Assembly: GCF_006345805.1 (NCBI RefSeq)
Contig: NC_043004.1
Location: 101,618,001-101,682,000, forward strand
Source: Octopus sinensis
Lineage: Eukaryota
Reading direction: 5' to 3'
DNA length: 64,000 nt
Shown here: positions 12,445-25,797 of the stretch, in pieces
Layout: each line of letters begins with the position of its first letter
Position numbering within the stretch: position 1 is the first letter of the stretch
Translations under genes and position numbers: made by a program
The notes under the pieces: model-generated
What the model was told of the DNA's origin: nothing
The model's database searches: none
Seen by the model: only the letters and a program-made list of their open reading frames with translations

Positions 12445-15400
12445 GCATGCACGTGCACATGCTCACGCATATATTCAAATACTCTCTGCTCAGATCAAAT
12501 CTTCTCCCTCGTAAGCATATATCTATATAACTATTCTCTCTACAGGTTCAACTATCTTCATTATCATTAGTAAGCATATACCTGTTTACCTATTCTTCTT
12601 CCAGTTCGATTCATCTTCATTATCAGCATTGTATATCAGTGTTATCAGTGTTATCGATCTACATTTAACTACTGTTCTTTTAACAGGTCAATTGTTACCT
12701 AATGTCTTTGCAAGCCAGGCTTGGGGTATCCTGCACACATTACTTGAAATGTTCAGTTACCGACTGCATCACATTCAGCCCCATTATAGGGTGCAACTTC
12801 TAGGTCACCTTCACTCGCTGGCTTCTGTTCCACAAACCAATCAGAATCAGTTACATTTGTGGTGAGTAACCCTTTTTGACTCCCATTTCTTTTATTATAT
12901 CTTCTCCTCTTCTGCATTCTTATACTCTGCTTACTCCTCCTGACTCCTCCCTTTATTACGTAATCCTTTCTTTTCTCTTCCTTCTCCTTTACATCAGCAA
13001 GCACCTCTTCACTTCTCTCTCCTTCTCTTTATCCTCTTTCTTTTATTTTACCATTCTCTTTTTCTTTTCCCTTCTCTTCTTTTTCCTTTACTTTTCCTGT
13101 ACTCTTCCCTTTTTCCTCCTTTACCTTCTTTTTTTCCCCTCTTTTTAATTCATCAAACATGATCATCATTTTTACATTCATTTTTCCATAATTGCATAGG
13201 TCAGACAGAGTTTAACACTCACATATACACACACACACATACATACATACACTTGCATACTTGTACGTAAATACGTACCCATGACAAATTCTTTCAGTTT
13301 CTTTTTACGAAGTTCTCTTGCAAGGCTTTGTTAACCCAGGGCTGTTGTAGGAGTCACTTACCCAAGTTGCCACACAAAAGGTTTGAACCTGGAACCATGT
13401 AGTTGAGATACAAACTTGTTATCACACTGCTATACCTGTACAATAGTATCCAAATAGGTGATGCCCTGCTCCTCTAAACAGGAGATGTAATTCACTTTTC
13501 CCAAATCTATCTGTCTGATAGTAAATACATTCAACTTCCTTCTTTCCTCCCCAACAAAATTTCTAGCCTTTTACTATTGAGAGAGCAAATTGACAGAATC
13601 AGTGGAGCACCAAACAATGCTTTGTGGTATTTAGGTATGTCTCTTTACATTCTGCAATCAAATCCTGTCAGAATTGGCTCTGTCTTGCATCCTTCTGGGG
13701 CGATTAAGGAAGCACCAGTCAATATGGTGTCAGCTGTTCTCTTCCCACTAAATATTTGTGGTCCTGTGTCTACATGAAAAATCATTATTATAATTGATTC
13801 AATCAGTTATGACCTATGCCCCCTCTAATTTGTTGCTTTGTAAAAGTATATATTTCACTGTGTAACAAAATTAAATTTTTTTTGTCTTTGGTCAGTTGGT
13901 GTTATTTCCTATCTGCTTCATCATCATCATCATCGTTTAGCGTCCGCTTTCTATGCTAGCATGGGTTGGACGGTTCAACTGGTGTCTGGGAAGCCAGAAG
14001 GCTGCACCAGGCCCAGTCTGATCTGGCAGTGTTTCTACAGCTGGATGCCCTTCCTAACGCCAACCACTCCGTGAGGGTAGTGGGTGCTTTTTACGTGCCA
14101 CCTGCACAGGTGCCAGGTGAGGCTAGCAAACGACCACGATTGGATGGTGCTTTTTACGTGCCACCGGCGAGGCTTCTATCTACAAATCAAAGGAAATGAC
14201 TACTGTTCCCTTCAAACTTTGCTTTTATGACTTGGACATCAATGTTTTGAAACTGATCTATTTTCCATTACATTTCAATCAGATTCAGTCCTGAGTTGTT
14301 GAAGCAGAAATATCATTATAGCAAATACACTGCTCAGTACCACAAATTTGCTTGTCGGATGCCTGACTGTAACCACTTGTGTATGTTCCTTAGTGGCTGA
14401 CAATAAGTGCATCTCTGATCATGAGCAGGAGTAGTGGGGGAGCATCATAGCCATGTGTTGAGAGGCATTCGTTGGGGTTTGAGTAAATGTAACAAAAGTA
14501 AAGTTTGAAGGAAATATTAGTAGTTTTTCATACTTCCTAGAGGTAAGCAAATAGGAAATAACAATCACTACCCAAGGACAAAAATCATGTTATTAGTTAT
14601 TTGTACTAATGATTTGAAAATAATAAAATTTCTATTTTCTTTTCTTTCCACTGAAAACGAACCCTGAAATTGTTCAAGTTAGATCTAAAACCCAATTAAA
14701 AATTTTTAATATATTATTCTCCATAGCGTTGAAAGTACAGCTTTGCGACTTATCACTGGTTTGGGCAGTAATGAGATTCAGCCCCAGCTCACCAAGGTTT
14801 TCAAAGAACCCAAAGGACCAAATTTTCTGTCACTAGATTCTGAAGAACTGAATCGAGCTTTGGTCCTCACACTTGCAAGGGCTATGCATATCACAGGTTG
14901 GTAGAATATATTATTATTTGGACATTCACATCATCAATATATAATTATTATCATTTCGTTGCTAATAATGGTAATTATTAGCAAAAGCATCCTAAGTCCA
15001 AAATGTTGCCTTTTCAGAAAACGAAAAAATAGTTTCACCATTCCGTTTCTTTTTACATTTGCAAAACCATTGTACCGCACTTAGGCAATTTTCATATCTT
15101 GGCATCTGAAGCAGCTGGAGATACAATAGTTTGACCAAAAGAACCAGCAATTGCAAGCAAAAATAAATTTTGAGAAAAATGCATTTGGCCAAATTTGGAC
15201 ATACGACAGTTTAACATAATAGCAGTGATTTGTACATTTACATCATTTAAACTTGAGTTATTGGATATGCTATTCTGTGATATTCTTGCTTTTCATTCCA
15301 ACTTAAGGTATATCCTTTTGTTTCATTTCATAGCCAAAATGTGTGTGTGTGTGTATGTCTGTATGCTTGTATTTGTAACCATTTGTTCCATTCCATAAAA

Positions 15401-18400
15401 CTGTTAATTAAACTCACATACATGCACACACAGTCACACATTAACCCTTTCGTTGCCAAACCGCCCAAAGCCGCCCGAAAAAAATTTTGGTTAATGAGAC
15501 CAAACTGCCCAAAGCCGCCCGAATTTACCTATTCATATTTAAATGAGAATATCAGAGCAAATCTCTTTAGTACATTCGTGAAAACACGTATTATACTTCG
15601 TAAACAGTTCAACTACAGTTTTGTACAAAAATCGAAGTGTAATTTTAATTCCGTGAATTTTGGGAGATTTTTTTCCGAAATTTGTTCCTATTGTGTTTTC
15701 AAAATTTGTAATTCTGACAAAAAATGGATACGAATTTCATTATATCAAGCAGCGAGTCAGAATTCAAAGGATTTTCTACTGAAGACCTTCATAAATCTAA
15801 CTCTATGACTGAAAAAAAAAAGCATGTGGTATTTGATAATGAATCTGATGTTTCATTTTCCGAAAGTGAAAACTGTGAATCTGTGATCTCCGACTGCGAT
15901 AAAGAAAATGAATTGGCACCTGAATGGAGTGAAAATTTAAAAACTGTTTCTTTCGGTGATTTTTCTGAAGAAACTGGACCAAGCCACAGACTTTCCCAGA
16001 AGAGTAAAGCCTTAAACTATTTCTTTTTACTTTTTCGAATGAGCCTATTTGAAATCATTACGGCGGAAACGAACTGTTACGCTAAACGTAAACAAAGCGA
16101 AAGAAAGGATAGTTTGTGGTTTCCCATAACCTTAAATGAAATTAAGACTATTTTGCCATAAATATTATTATGGGTATCAGAAAGTTACCCAGAATAACAA
16201 ATTCTATCGTAAAATTTTGTTGTATACCCAATTGAATATTAGCTAATAACCCATTTTATATAGCGATGTTTGAACAAAATTTTAATAATTTTATATTTTG
16301 TTGAATTTACCTGTATCTACCTGCAATTAGAGTCACTTTGTGACAAAAATTATAGTATAGAATTGGTTGAGAATATTTCATTAAATTATCTTCCAAAAAT
16401 CAGATTAATATATCGATAAATAAAAAAGTTATTGTTGTTTAATGAAACCAGACTAAATTTATGATTACGTTAGAAATTAATTGAAACACATAAGGGGTGT
16501 AATTTGGTCAGAAATATAGTAACGAAAGGGTTAAGGGAGAGTGAGTGTGTATTCTATTATACATGCGAAAGAATTAGGCTCACTCCAAATAATAACTAGT
16601 TAACATCATCATATTTATTTAATGCCTGGCTTCAGTTCTAGCTTTGACAGGATGTGTTCCAACAGGACCTGAGTCCAGGAAATATATTGAGTTCCAGTGA
16701 AACATATTCTGGTATACATATATATTTCTTTACTACCCACAAGGGGCTAAACTCAGAGGAGACAAACAAGGGCAGACAAACGGATTAAGTCGATTACATC
16801 GACCCCAGTGCGTAACTGGTACTTAATTTATCGACCCCGGAAGGATGAAAGGCAAAGTCGACCTCGGCGGAATTTGAACTCGGAACTTAACGGCAGACGA
16901 AATACGGCAACGCATTTCGCGTGCTAACGTTTCTGCCAGCTCGCCGCCTTCTATATTCTGGTATACATATAAATGTGTGTATGTGTGTGTGTGTGCATGT
17001 ATCTGTTTATCTGCTGGTATGTTTTTTTTTTATATTTCCACTGTTATTTTATATTGCAGGTGCTGAAAGTCTATCTGGAAATTGGTGCTGGGAAATCTTG
17101 AGTGCAATCATGATGAATACTCCACATGGCTGGCCCAGTCATACATTGTCTTCCTTCCCAGCAACCATCAGTGAATTCTTTAACCAAAATCCTGCTGTCA
17201 AGGAAGATAAAACCGTTCTTCAGAAGAACGTAGATACAGAGTACAAGAAATGGAGAAGTAGGTTCTACAAAGACACATTTCATTGTTGTCTGGGATAAAG
17301 TTATACTGATAATTGGTGTCATTAAACCTGCTCAGATTGACATTTTTTTCACTGGTTCCCCTCTCTCTCACTCTCCCTTGGCTGGATAACCATGCACCTC
17401 CTCTATAGCAAGACACCTGCTTCTACCTCTGTGTCTCTTTGTCACACTCTTATCTCTCCTCATCTGACTGAAGATCACCTTCTCCAGTGCCCCCTCTCCT
17501 CTCAAAATTCCTTGTTTTGCAAGTTACTTGTTGACCCTGCCAGTGCTGGTGCCATGTAAAAGCCATCCAGTCCACACTGTAAAGTGGTTGGCATTTGGAA
17601 GGGCATCCAGCTGTAAAAACCACGCCAAAACTGACCTCGCCTGTGCTGGTGCTATGTAAAAAGCACTCAGTCCACTCTCTGGGGTGGTTGGCATTTGGAA
17701 GGGCATCCAGCTGTAAAAACCACGCCAAAACTGACCTCGCCTGTGCTGGTGCTATGTAAAAAGCACTCAGTCCACTCTCTGGGGTGGTTGGCATTTGGAA
17801 GGGCATCCAGCTGTAAAAACCACGCCAAAACTGACCTCGCCTGTGCTGGTGCTATGTAAAAAGCACTCAGTCCACTCTCTGGGGTGGTTGGCATTTGGAA
17901 GGGCATCCAGCTGTAAAAATGATGCCTGGTGTAGTCTTCTACCTAGCCGGCTCCTGTCAAGCCGTCCAAACCATGTCAGCATGGAAGATGGATGTTAAAT
18001 GATGATGATGATTATGAAGTCTCTCTTTTTCTCTCATACACTCATGCACACGTGTATTTTAGTCTCATGGTGAAAGAGTTTGCATAGTGTAATGGAGCCA
18101 GTATATCAGAGTAGTCTCTTCAGCTGTATTGTTGCTGAGGTATCAGTTCTCTGAAGCCAAACAACTCATTCTTTCTTATTATCTTTGGTTTACATTTCAC
18201 ACACTATTTTTACTGTGTGGTACAATGGGTAAAGACTCCCTTTGGTCACAAATGACCGTGGGATTGCATTTAGAAAGTTACTCTCTGACACACAATTCTG
18301 GGCAAGGTTGTTTATGGAAGACCAGCAGTCGCTCATGCATACCAGCATCCCCTTTCCGTGCCTCTGATGCTATCCAAGGGAAAGGCAAAGGGGCCGATAC

Positions 18401-19730
18401 AGCGTGGCACCTGTGATGTCGCAACTCATTTCTACAGCTGAGTGAACTGGAGCATTGTGAAATAAAGTGTCTTGTTCGAGAATGCAACATAGCCTGGTCT
18501 GGGAATCGAACTCACTACCTCATGATTGTGAGCCTGATGCTCTAACCACCAAGCTATATACCTTAGAGGGGAACTTTTTAGGTGCAATCCCATGGTCACT
18601 CATGACCAAGAGGGTCTTTACTACGTGGCACTTTCTGCCAGCAATCGCCTGACCCCCGTGCTGGTGGCACGTAAAAAGCACCATCCGTTCGTGGCTGTTG
18701 CCAGCCTTGCCTGGCCCCCGTGCCGGTGGCACATAAAAAGCACCATCCGATCGTGGCCGTTTGCCAGACTCGTCTGGCACCTGTGCCGGTGGCATGTAAA
18801 AAGCACCCACTACACTCATGGAGTGGTTGGCGTTAGGAAGGGCATCCAGCCGTAGAATCATTGCCAGATCAAACTGGGCCTGGTACAGCCTTCTGGCTTC
18901 CCAGACCCTAGTTGAACTGTCCAACCCATGCTAGCATGGAAAGCGGACACTAAACGATGATGTAGTTTCTCTCATGCTAGTATGGGTTAGATATTTGTAT
19001 TTTCTTTGTACTCATATAGTAATGTATGAGACCTACATGGGTGCAGTCAATCTGTTGCAGTAAAAGAGCTGCTAGTACAAAGTGAGAAGTGAAATTGCTG
19101 CATATTTTTTCGTTATGAACTTACAAAATGTGGAGACTATTAAAGTAAACAGTAAGCTGTGGAGAATCTAGTGATAGACCATCAGTGATTAGTGAGTACA
19201 GAGTGTTCAGAAATTGTGAATGGTTTGCTATGAAGAAAAGCATAACATTTTGTCATGGAGTGATTTTTTTCTGATGATACTGAACAACTGAATTGGAGGC
19301 AGTGGGGGAGAGAGAGAGGAAAAATAAAATATAAAAAATGAGAGGTGGAAGAGAGTCACCATTTTCTCTGTCTTTTCACAAGTTATTTTTCTCTTTCTCT
19401 AGGTATGGCCAATGAAAATGATATTATTGCTCATTTCTCTATGCAGGGTACACCACCTTTGTTTCTCTGGTAAGTAGCTGATCTGTTAATCTTCTCACTC
19501 ACTCATAAACAAACAATCCGTGCCTCCTCATGCATCTACTGTATTATTAGAATTCATTATATGAAATGCATGGTTATAGCATCAGTCATCAATTATCTGA
19601 AACAGCTGTAAAGCAAAGACTTGATTGCATCATGTAATTGCAATGGAAAATTTCCATATATACATATACTTTCCTTATGCCTTTCTCTGTCTTTTCTGAT
19701 TCTCTCTCTGTATGTGTGTGTATGTATGTA

Positions 19731-19803
<73 letters not shown>

Positions 19804-19828
19804 GTCTATCTATCTATCTATCTATCTA

Positions 19829-19870
<42 letters not shown>

Positions 19871-22800
19871 GTGCCGGTGACACGTAAAAAGCACCGTCCA
19901 AACATGGCTGATGCCAGCGCCGCCTGACTGGCATCCATGTCGGTGACATGTAAAATGCACCCACTACACTTACGGAGTGGTTGGCGTTAGGAAAGGCATC
20001 CAGCTGTAGAAACACTGCCAGATCAGACTGGAGCTTGGTGCAGCCTCCTGGCTTCCCAGACCCCGGTCGAACCGTCCAATCCATGCTAGCATGGAAAACG
20101 GACGTTAAATGAAACGATGATAAAGACTTATTCCTATCCAAAATGAGAGTACCATCATATTTTATTGTAACAATAAAACTTACAAATTTATTCAAAATAT
20201 TAGAATCAGTAGTCAGTTCTCTCAAATGTATGTCATAGTTAATATAGTTTTAAATGTTATCTGAAAATGTGACAGCTGGCCATAGGTGGACCATCTTTTG
20301 GCTGATTGTAAGTCAGGGTTAAATTGGGTCTAAATAACAACAAACAACACTGTCATGTTCCTGCTAAGACTGAAAATATTTTCTATTTCAGCATTATCTG
20401 GAAAAATCTGCTGGATGACAATAGAATATCTTCAACAGCATACAAGTAAGAAACCTTGTCCTATATAATCTCTCTCTATGTATATGCATATGTGATCTGT
20501 GTGTGTTTGTATAATTTGTTCATTTTTACATCTGTATTTCTTATTTCTTTACTGCCCACAAGGGGCTACACACAGAGGGGACAAACAAGGATAGACAAAC
20601 AGATTAAGTCGATTACGTCGACCCCAGTGCGTAACTGGTACTTATTTTATCGACTCCGAAAGGATGAAAGGCAAAGTCAACCTTGGCGGAATTTGAACTC
20701 AGAACGTTAAAGACAGACGAAATACCACTAAGCATTTCGCCCAGCGTGCTAACGTTTCTGCCAGCTCTCCACCTTATCTGTTTTTCTGTGCTTTACATCT
20801 GTATTTCTGTGCTAGCATAGGTTACATGAATATATTATTGAAGCATTGTATATTCATCTCACCTATGCTAGCATAGAAGAAATAAAAAATAAGAAGAAAC
20901 AAATGATATGTGTGTGTGCAAGCATGACTGGATGGGCATCTGGGTGTATATTATAGCAACTCTTGTCCAGCCCATGCCAGCATGGAAAAACTGCTCATAA
21001 AGTGATGATTGTGTGTGTGTGTATATATGTACACTGTGCTCATGCCACATAAAAAGCATTCACTCCACTCTGCTGGGTGGTGGTGTTAGGAAGGCTACCC
21101 ATCTGTAAAAACTGTGCCAAAACAGAGACAGAGTCTGGTGCAGTCTTCTGCTTGGCCAGTTCCTGTCAAACCGTCCACCCGTGCCAGGATGGAAGGTGGA
21201 TGTTAAATGATGATGTTAAATTCCTTTAAGACAATTACGGTGCCGTCCGCGGTGTCCGGCGCCGCCTTCCGTTCCCGGCTAGTCTAAGCGGCGTCGCCCA
21301 GAGCTCTGCCACGCTACCGTGCCCGATCAAGTAAGAACGAACCAAAGCTCGCGGTGTCGCCCATGTACACGTACAACTTGCTGCAGTCCAGTGACCGAAA
21401 CTAAGAAAAGTGAAAGATATAAACATATATGTATGTCTATATATATTCATGTGTGTGTGTGTTTGTAAGTGTACACGTTTGTATAGATATATATACATAG
21501 GCGTGGCTGTGTGGTAAGTAGCTTGTTTACCAACCACATGGTTCTGGGTTCAGTCCCACTGCGTGGCACCTTGGGCAAGTGTCTTCTACTATAGCCTCGG
21601 GCCGACCAAAGCCTTGTGAGTGGATTTGGTAGACGGAAACTGAAAGAAGCCTGTCGTATATATGTATATATATGTTTGTGTGTCTGTGTTTGTCCCCCTA
21701 GCATTGCTTGACAGCCGATGCTGGTGTGTTTATGTCCCCGTTACTTAGCGGTTTGGCAAAAGAGACCGATAGAATAAGTACTGGGCTTACAAAAGAATAA
21801 GTCCCGGGGTCGAGTTACTCGATTAAAGGCGGTGCTCCAGCATGGCCGCTGTCAAATGGCTGAAACAAGTAAAAGAGTATGTGTGTGTTAATGTGAAGTG
21901 AAATCATAGTCATGGATAGTGTTGGTGACACATAAAAGGCACTAACTTTACTCTTGGAGTGGTTGGCATTGTAACTTAGCAGTTTGGCAAAAGAGACCAA
22001 TAGAATAAGTACCAGGCTTAAGAATAAGTCCTGGGATCGATTTGTTTGACAAAAACACTTCAAGGCATGGCTGATGTCACATGAGTGAAATGAGTAAAAG
22101 AATAAAAGAACAAGCACTCAGAGAGCACAAACCTCTGCCAATTTAACACCCATGTTCTCTCAACGATAAGCCTGAGATGATTTTTAAAATAAGAATAACT
22201 GAAATAAAGTCAACTGCTCTCACAAATGAGAATACTAAAATGAACCCAACTACTCTCAAAAATTAAGTAAAAAAAAAAACAGGAAAAATAATCCAGAATC
22301 CTTGTCCAGTACCAGATCAATCCCAGAATCTAATCAGTTCATGCCAGTCATGAGGCCAAACATTCCCGAAAGTTTCATCCGAATTTATCCTGCAGTTCTT
22401 GAGATATCTTGTCCACGGACAAACTGACAAACAAACAAACATGACTGAAAACAATACCTCTGCCTTCGCTAAGGCGGTGGTAATAAAAAATTAAAAGAAT
22501 GTTACTAAAAAACAATGCTTCAAGGTACTAGTAATAAAAGAATGTTACTAAAAAACAATGCTTCAAGTAACTGTAAGGCCTTACTAATAGACCCTTTCAC
22601 CATTGAATTTGTAAAGGGAACTGGTTGCTTCTTTACACTTTTGGGGTGCAACTTGGGTGCAACACAATTTCCTTTCTTTTTGTTTCTAGAAACTACCAGT
22701 TGGTAACAAAACGCAACTTTAAAAATATATATGATTCTTTATTCTCTTATCCACAAATGAAGCACGTTGGTATATTGGTATCCACCTAGTTCAACACAGC

Positions 22801-24927
22801 AAGGCTGAATTCTAACGTTTGTAAGATCCTTACAACAATTCAGCAGCAACAGAACAGGTCAAATCCTAAGCGTCTGGGACAGGAGAATAGGCTGATCACA
22901 CGTTTAAAAAACACATCCTTTCTCTTCTATCGCCGTGTCTCAAGTCAACGACGCTATTAAGGAACGCGATAGAATTTCTTCCCCAGTCTCTAGCGCATGT
23001 GCATGAGGGAACTTCCTTATGCCTTTCCAGACGGTTCCAACCCCGCACATGCACACTGAAGAAGGACGTTGCGTGTGCGCACACTGGAATATGACGTCAC
23101 TACAAATTAATGCAGTAAACAGCTGTCAGTGAATTAGTCAATAAGTATTTGTCTGTGCAGAAGTTACTGTTTAATTCAAGTTCTAAATATTGTCAAACTA
23201 ACTGGTAAACTGTTTACTCTCTTTCACTACTTAGAGTTTTGGAACGCTTAGGACCAAGATCCTTGTCATCACACTTACGAACTTTTGCTGATTTTCTAGT
23301 ATTTGAATTTTCAAGTTCTCCAAGCGGTCCACAACTAACTAAGGTGAGTCTTCTGTTTTCCCTTTTTCCTTTTCTTCTTTGTATTGTTGCTTTATGCTAC
23401 CTGATTCAGATGTCAGCTGACTGGATTTATACATGATCTATACATTGGTTTCGTCATTGTAGAGATAAGATGGCACTGCAGATGTGGATGAATATATTAG
23501 CCTGTATATCATAAATGTTCATATTTATCCTGAGGCAATTGTTTCTGGACAGATCATTTGTTTGTGTTTGCCTTAGTTCAGTTAGGTGTCAGGTAACTGG
23601 TACCAGATTTTCAAATAATGTTACTTTTAACAGAATCTATTTAATAAGAGAACCCCTATGGTAGGAATGTCAAACATATGGCCTGCAGGCCACACTTGGC
23701 TCATGGAATTGTTTAGTCCAGCCTCCTTTTATGAAAAAATGTTATCATTTCTAATTTTAAAATAGTCTGTAAAATATATATTGCCGAAATCATAGACTGC
23801 ACCAAGAGAAAGGTTACATGACTCAAGGCCATGGAACAATACACTCCAACTTCTGGTTCACAAACATACTTCCACTTCACTCTGCTGTTTTTGCTACTAC
23901 ACTTGTGGTTTCACCTTTCATAGCTGTCTTGTTTTATTCTACCTTCACTCAGTTACTCTCAGCTGGAGTTTTCTTCCCTCTGTAGTTGTTGACTTGTAAT
24001 TTTTCAAGATGAATACAGCGATACCTCAACTTAGATTGTTTCAAGTTACATCGTTTTCAACTTTGTCATTTTGTTTTTAAGAAATAACCTTCAACTTGAG
24101 TTGATTTATACAATTTATGTTGGTTTTAGCGAACATATTTAAAAAAAGAACACCTAGAATCTAATACTGAAGTGGGAAAATCATATAAAACACATATGAA
24201 AATATGTACAAACCATTTATTGAAACAAATATGTGTGAATAAATTTTTTTAAAATGATTTTTCATGCCATTTTTCAAGTTAAGTTGCATGTCTTGGAACC
24301 ATTTACCAGTGTGAGTTGAAGTTCTGGCATTCTGTTGGTTATGATGACGAGGGTTCCAGTTGAGCTGATCAACAGAACAGCTTGCTTATGGAATTGACAT
24401 CCAAGTGGCCGAGCACTTGACAAGCATGCATACCCCTAACGTAGTTCTCAGGGAGATTCAGTGTGACACCGAATGTGACTAGGCTGGCCCTTTGAAATAC
24501 AGGTACTAGTAATTTTGAGTGAACTGGAGTAATGTGAAATGTGCCGCCAGGAACTGAACTCATGATTGTGTGCCAAATATCCTAACTTGTAAGCCACATG
24601 CCTTCACAGTTGCGGTATGTATGTATTAACCACATCGACCTTACTGGTGTTAGGGTACAGCCCCTTCCACTAAGCTAATAAAAAAAGTATCTGAAATGAA
24701 CTGCTTATTGGCTTTTAAAACATGACTATATATGGACAAGAGTTTTTGACTATATATGGATAGGCGCAGGAGTGGCTGTGTGGTAAGTAGCTTGCTTACA
24801 AACCACATGGTTCCAGGTTCGGTCCCGCTGCATGGCACCTTGGGCAATTGTCTTCTACTATAGCCTCGGACCGACCAAAGCCTTGTGAGTGGATTTCGTT
24901 GGTGGAAACTGAAAGAAGCCTGTTGTA

Positions 24928-24971
<44 letters not shown>

Positions 24972-25620
24972 GCCTGCTCGCTTAGCCAGCAGGGTGGCGT
25001 CGTTTGAAGGCTAAAACAATGTGAAGCGCATTGTGACCAGCGATGTGTAGCAACATCTGATAGCCTGGTCAGTCACGGTAATCACGGTGATATATATATA
25101 TGTATGTGTGTGTGTATGTTTGTGTGTCTGTGTTTGTCCTTCTGCCAACATCGCTTGACAACCGATGCTGGTGTGTTTACGTCCCCGTAACTCAGCGGTT
25201 CGGCAAAAGAGACCGATAGAATAAGTACTAGGCTTACAAAGAATAAGTCCTGGGGTCGATTTGCTCGATTAACGGCGGTGCTCCAGCATGGCCGCAGTCA
25301 AATAATTGAAACAAGTAAAGGAGCAAAAGTAAAAGAAAGCATCAGGCATTAAATCTAAACATTCCAATAGAAATTACCATAGAGTATTTATACATAGATT
25401 CTACAGATGCTGTTGTGGTTAGTTTACTTGTTGTTGTTGATGTCTTTTTACTTATATTTTGCAGTATGTGGAGGTCCTGAATGACATGGTCTGGAAATAT
25501 AATATAGTCACTATTGATAGAGTAGTCTTGTGTTTGGTAAGTGTTGTATACAGTATATTGGTCACTCTCTGTCTATATGTGTGTGTGCATACACACACAC
25601 AGACACACACACACACATAC

Positions 25621-25683
<63 letters not shown>

Positions 25684-25729
25684 TATATATAGATATAGGC
25701 ACTTATGTGTATGTATATATATATATCTA

Positions 25730-25797
<68 letters not shown>

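Noticed and set aside
17584-17919. CRISPR-like regular repeat
   Set aside because: The units are wholly identical with no unique spacers, they are SINE-derived, and the context is eukaryotic.
22492-22567. 33-bp direct repeat with a 43-bp period
   Set aside because: An ordinary AT-rich slippage duplication with no further structure.
23665-24300. Possible Charlie- and Tigger-like terminal motifs
   Set aside because: Only one degraded end of each was visible, with no partner TIR or TSD.
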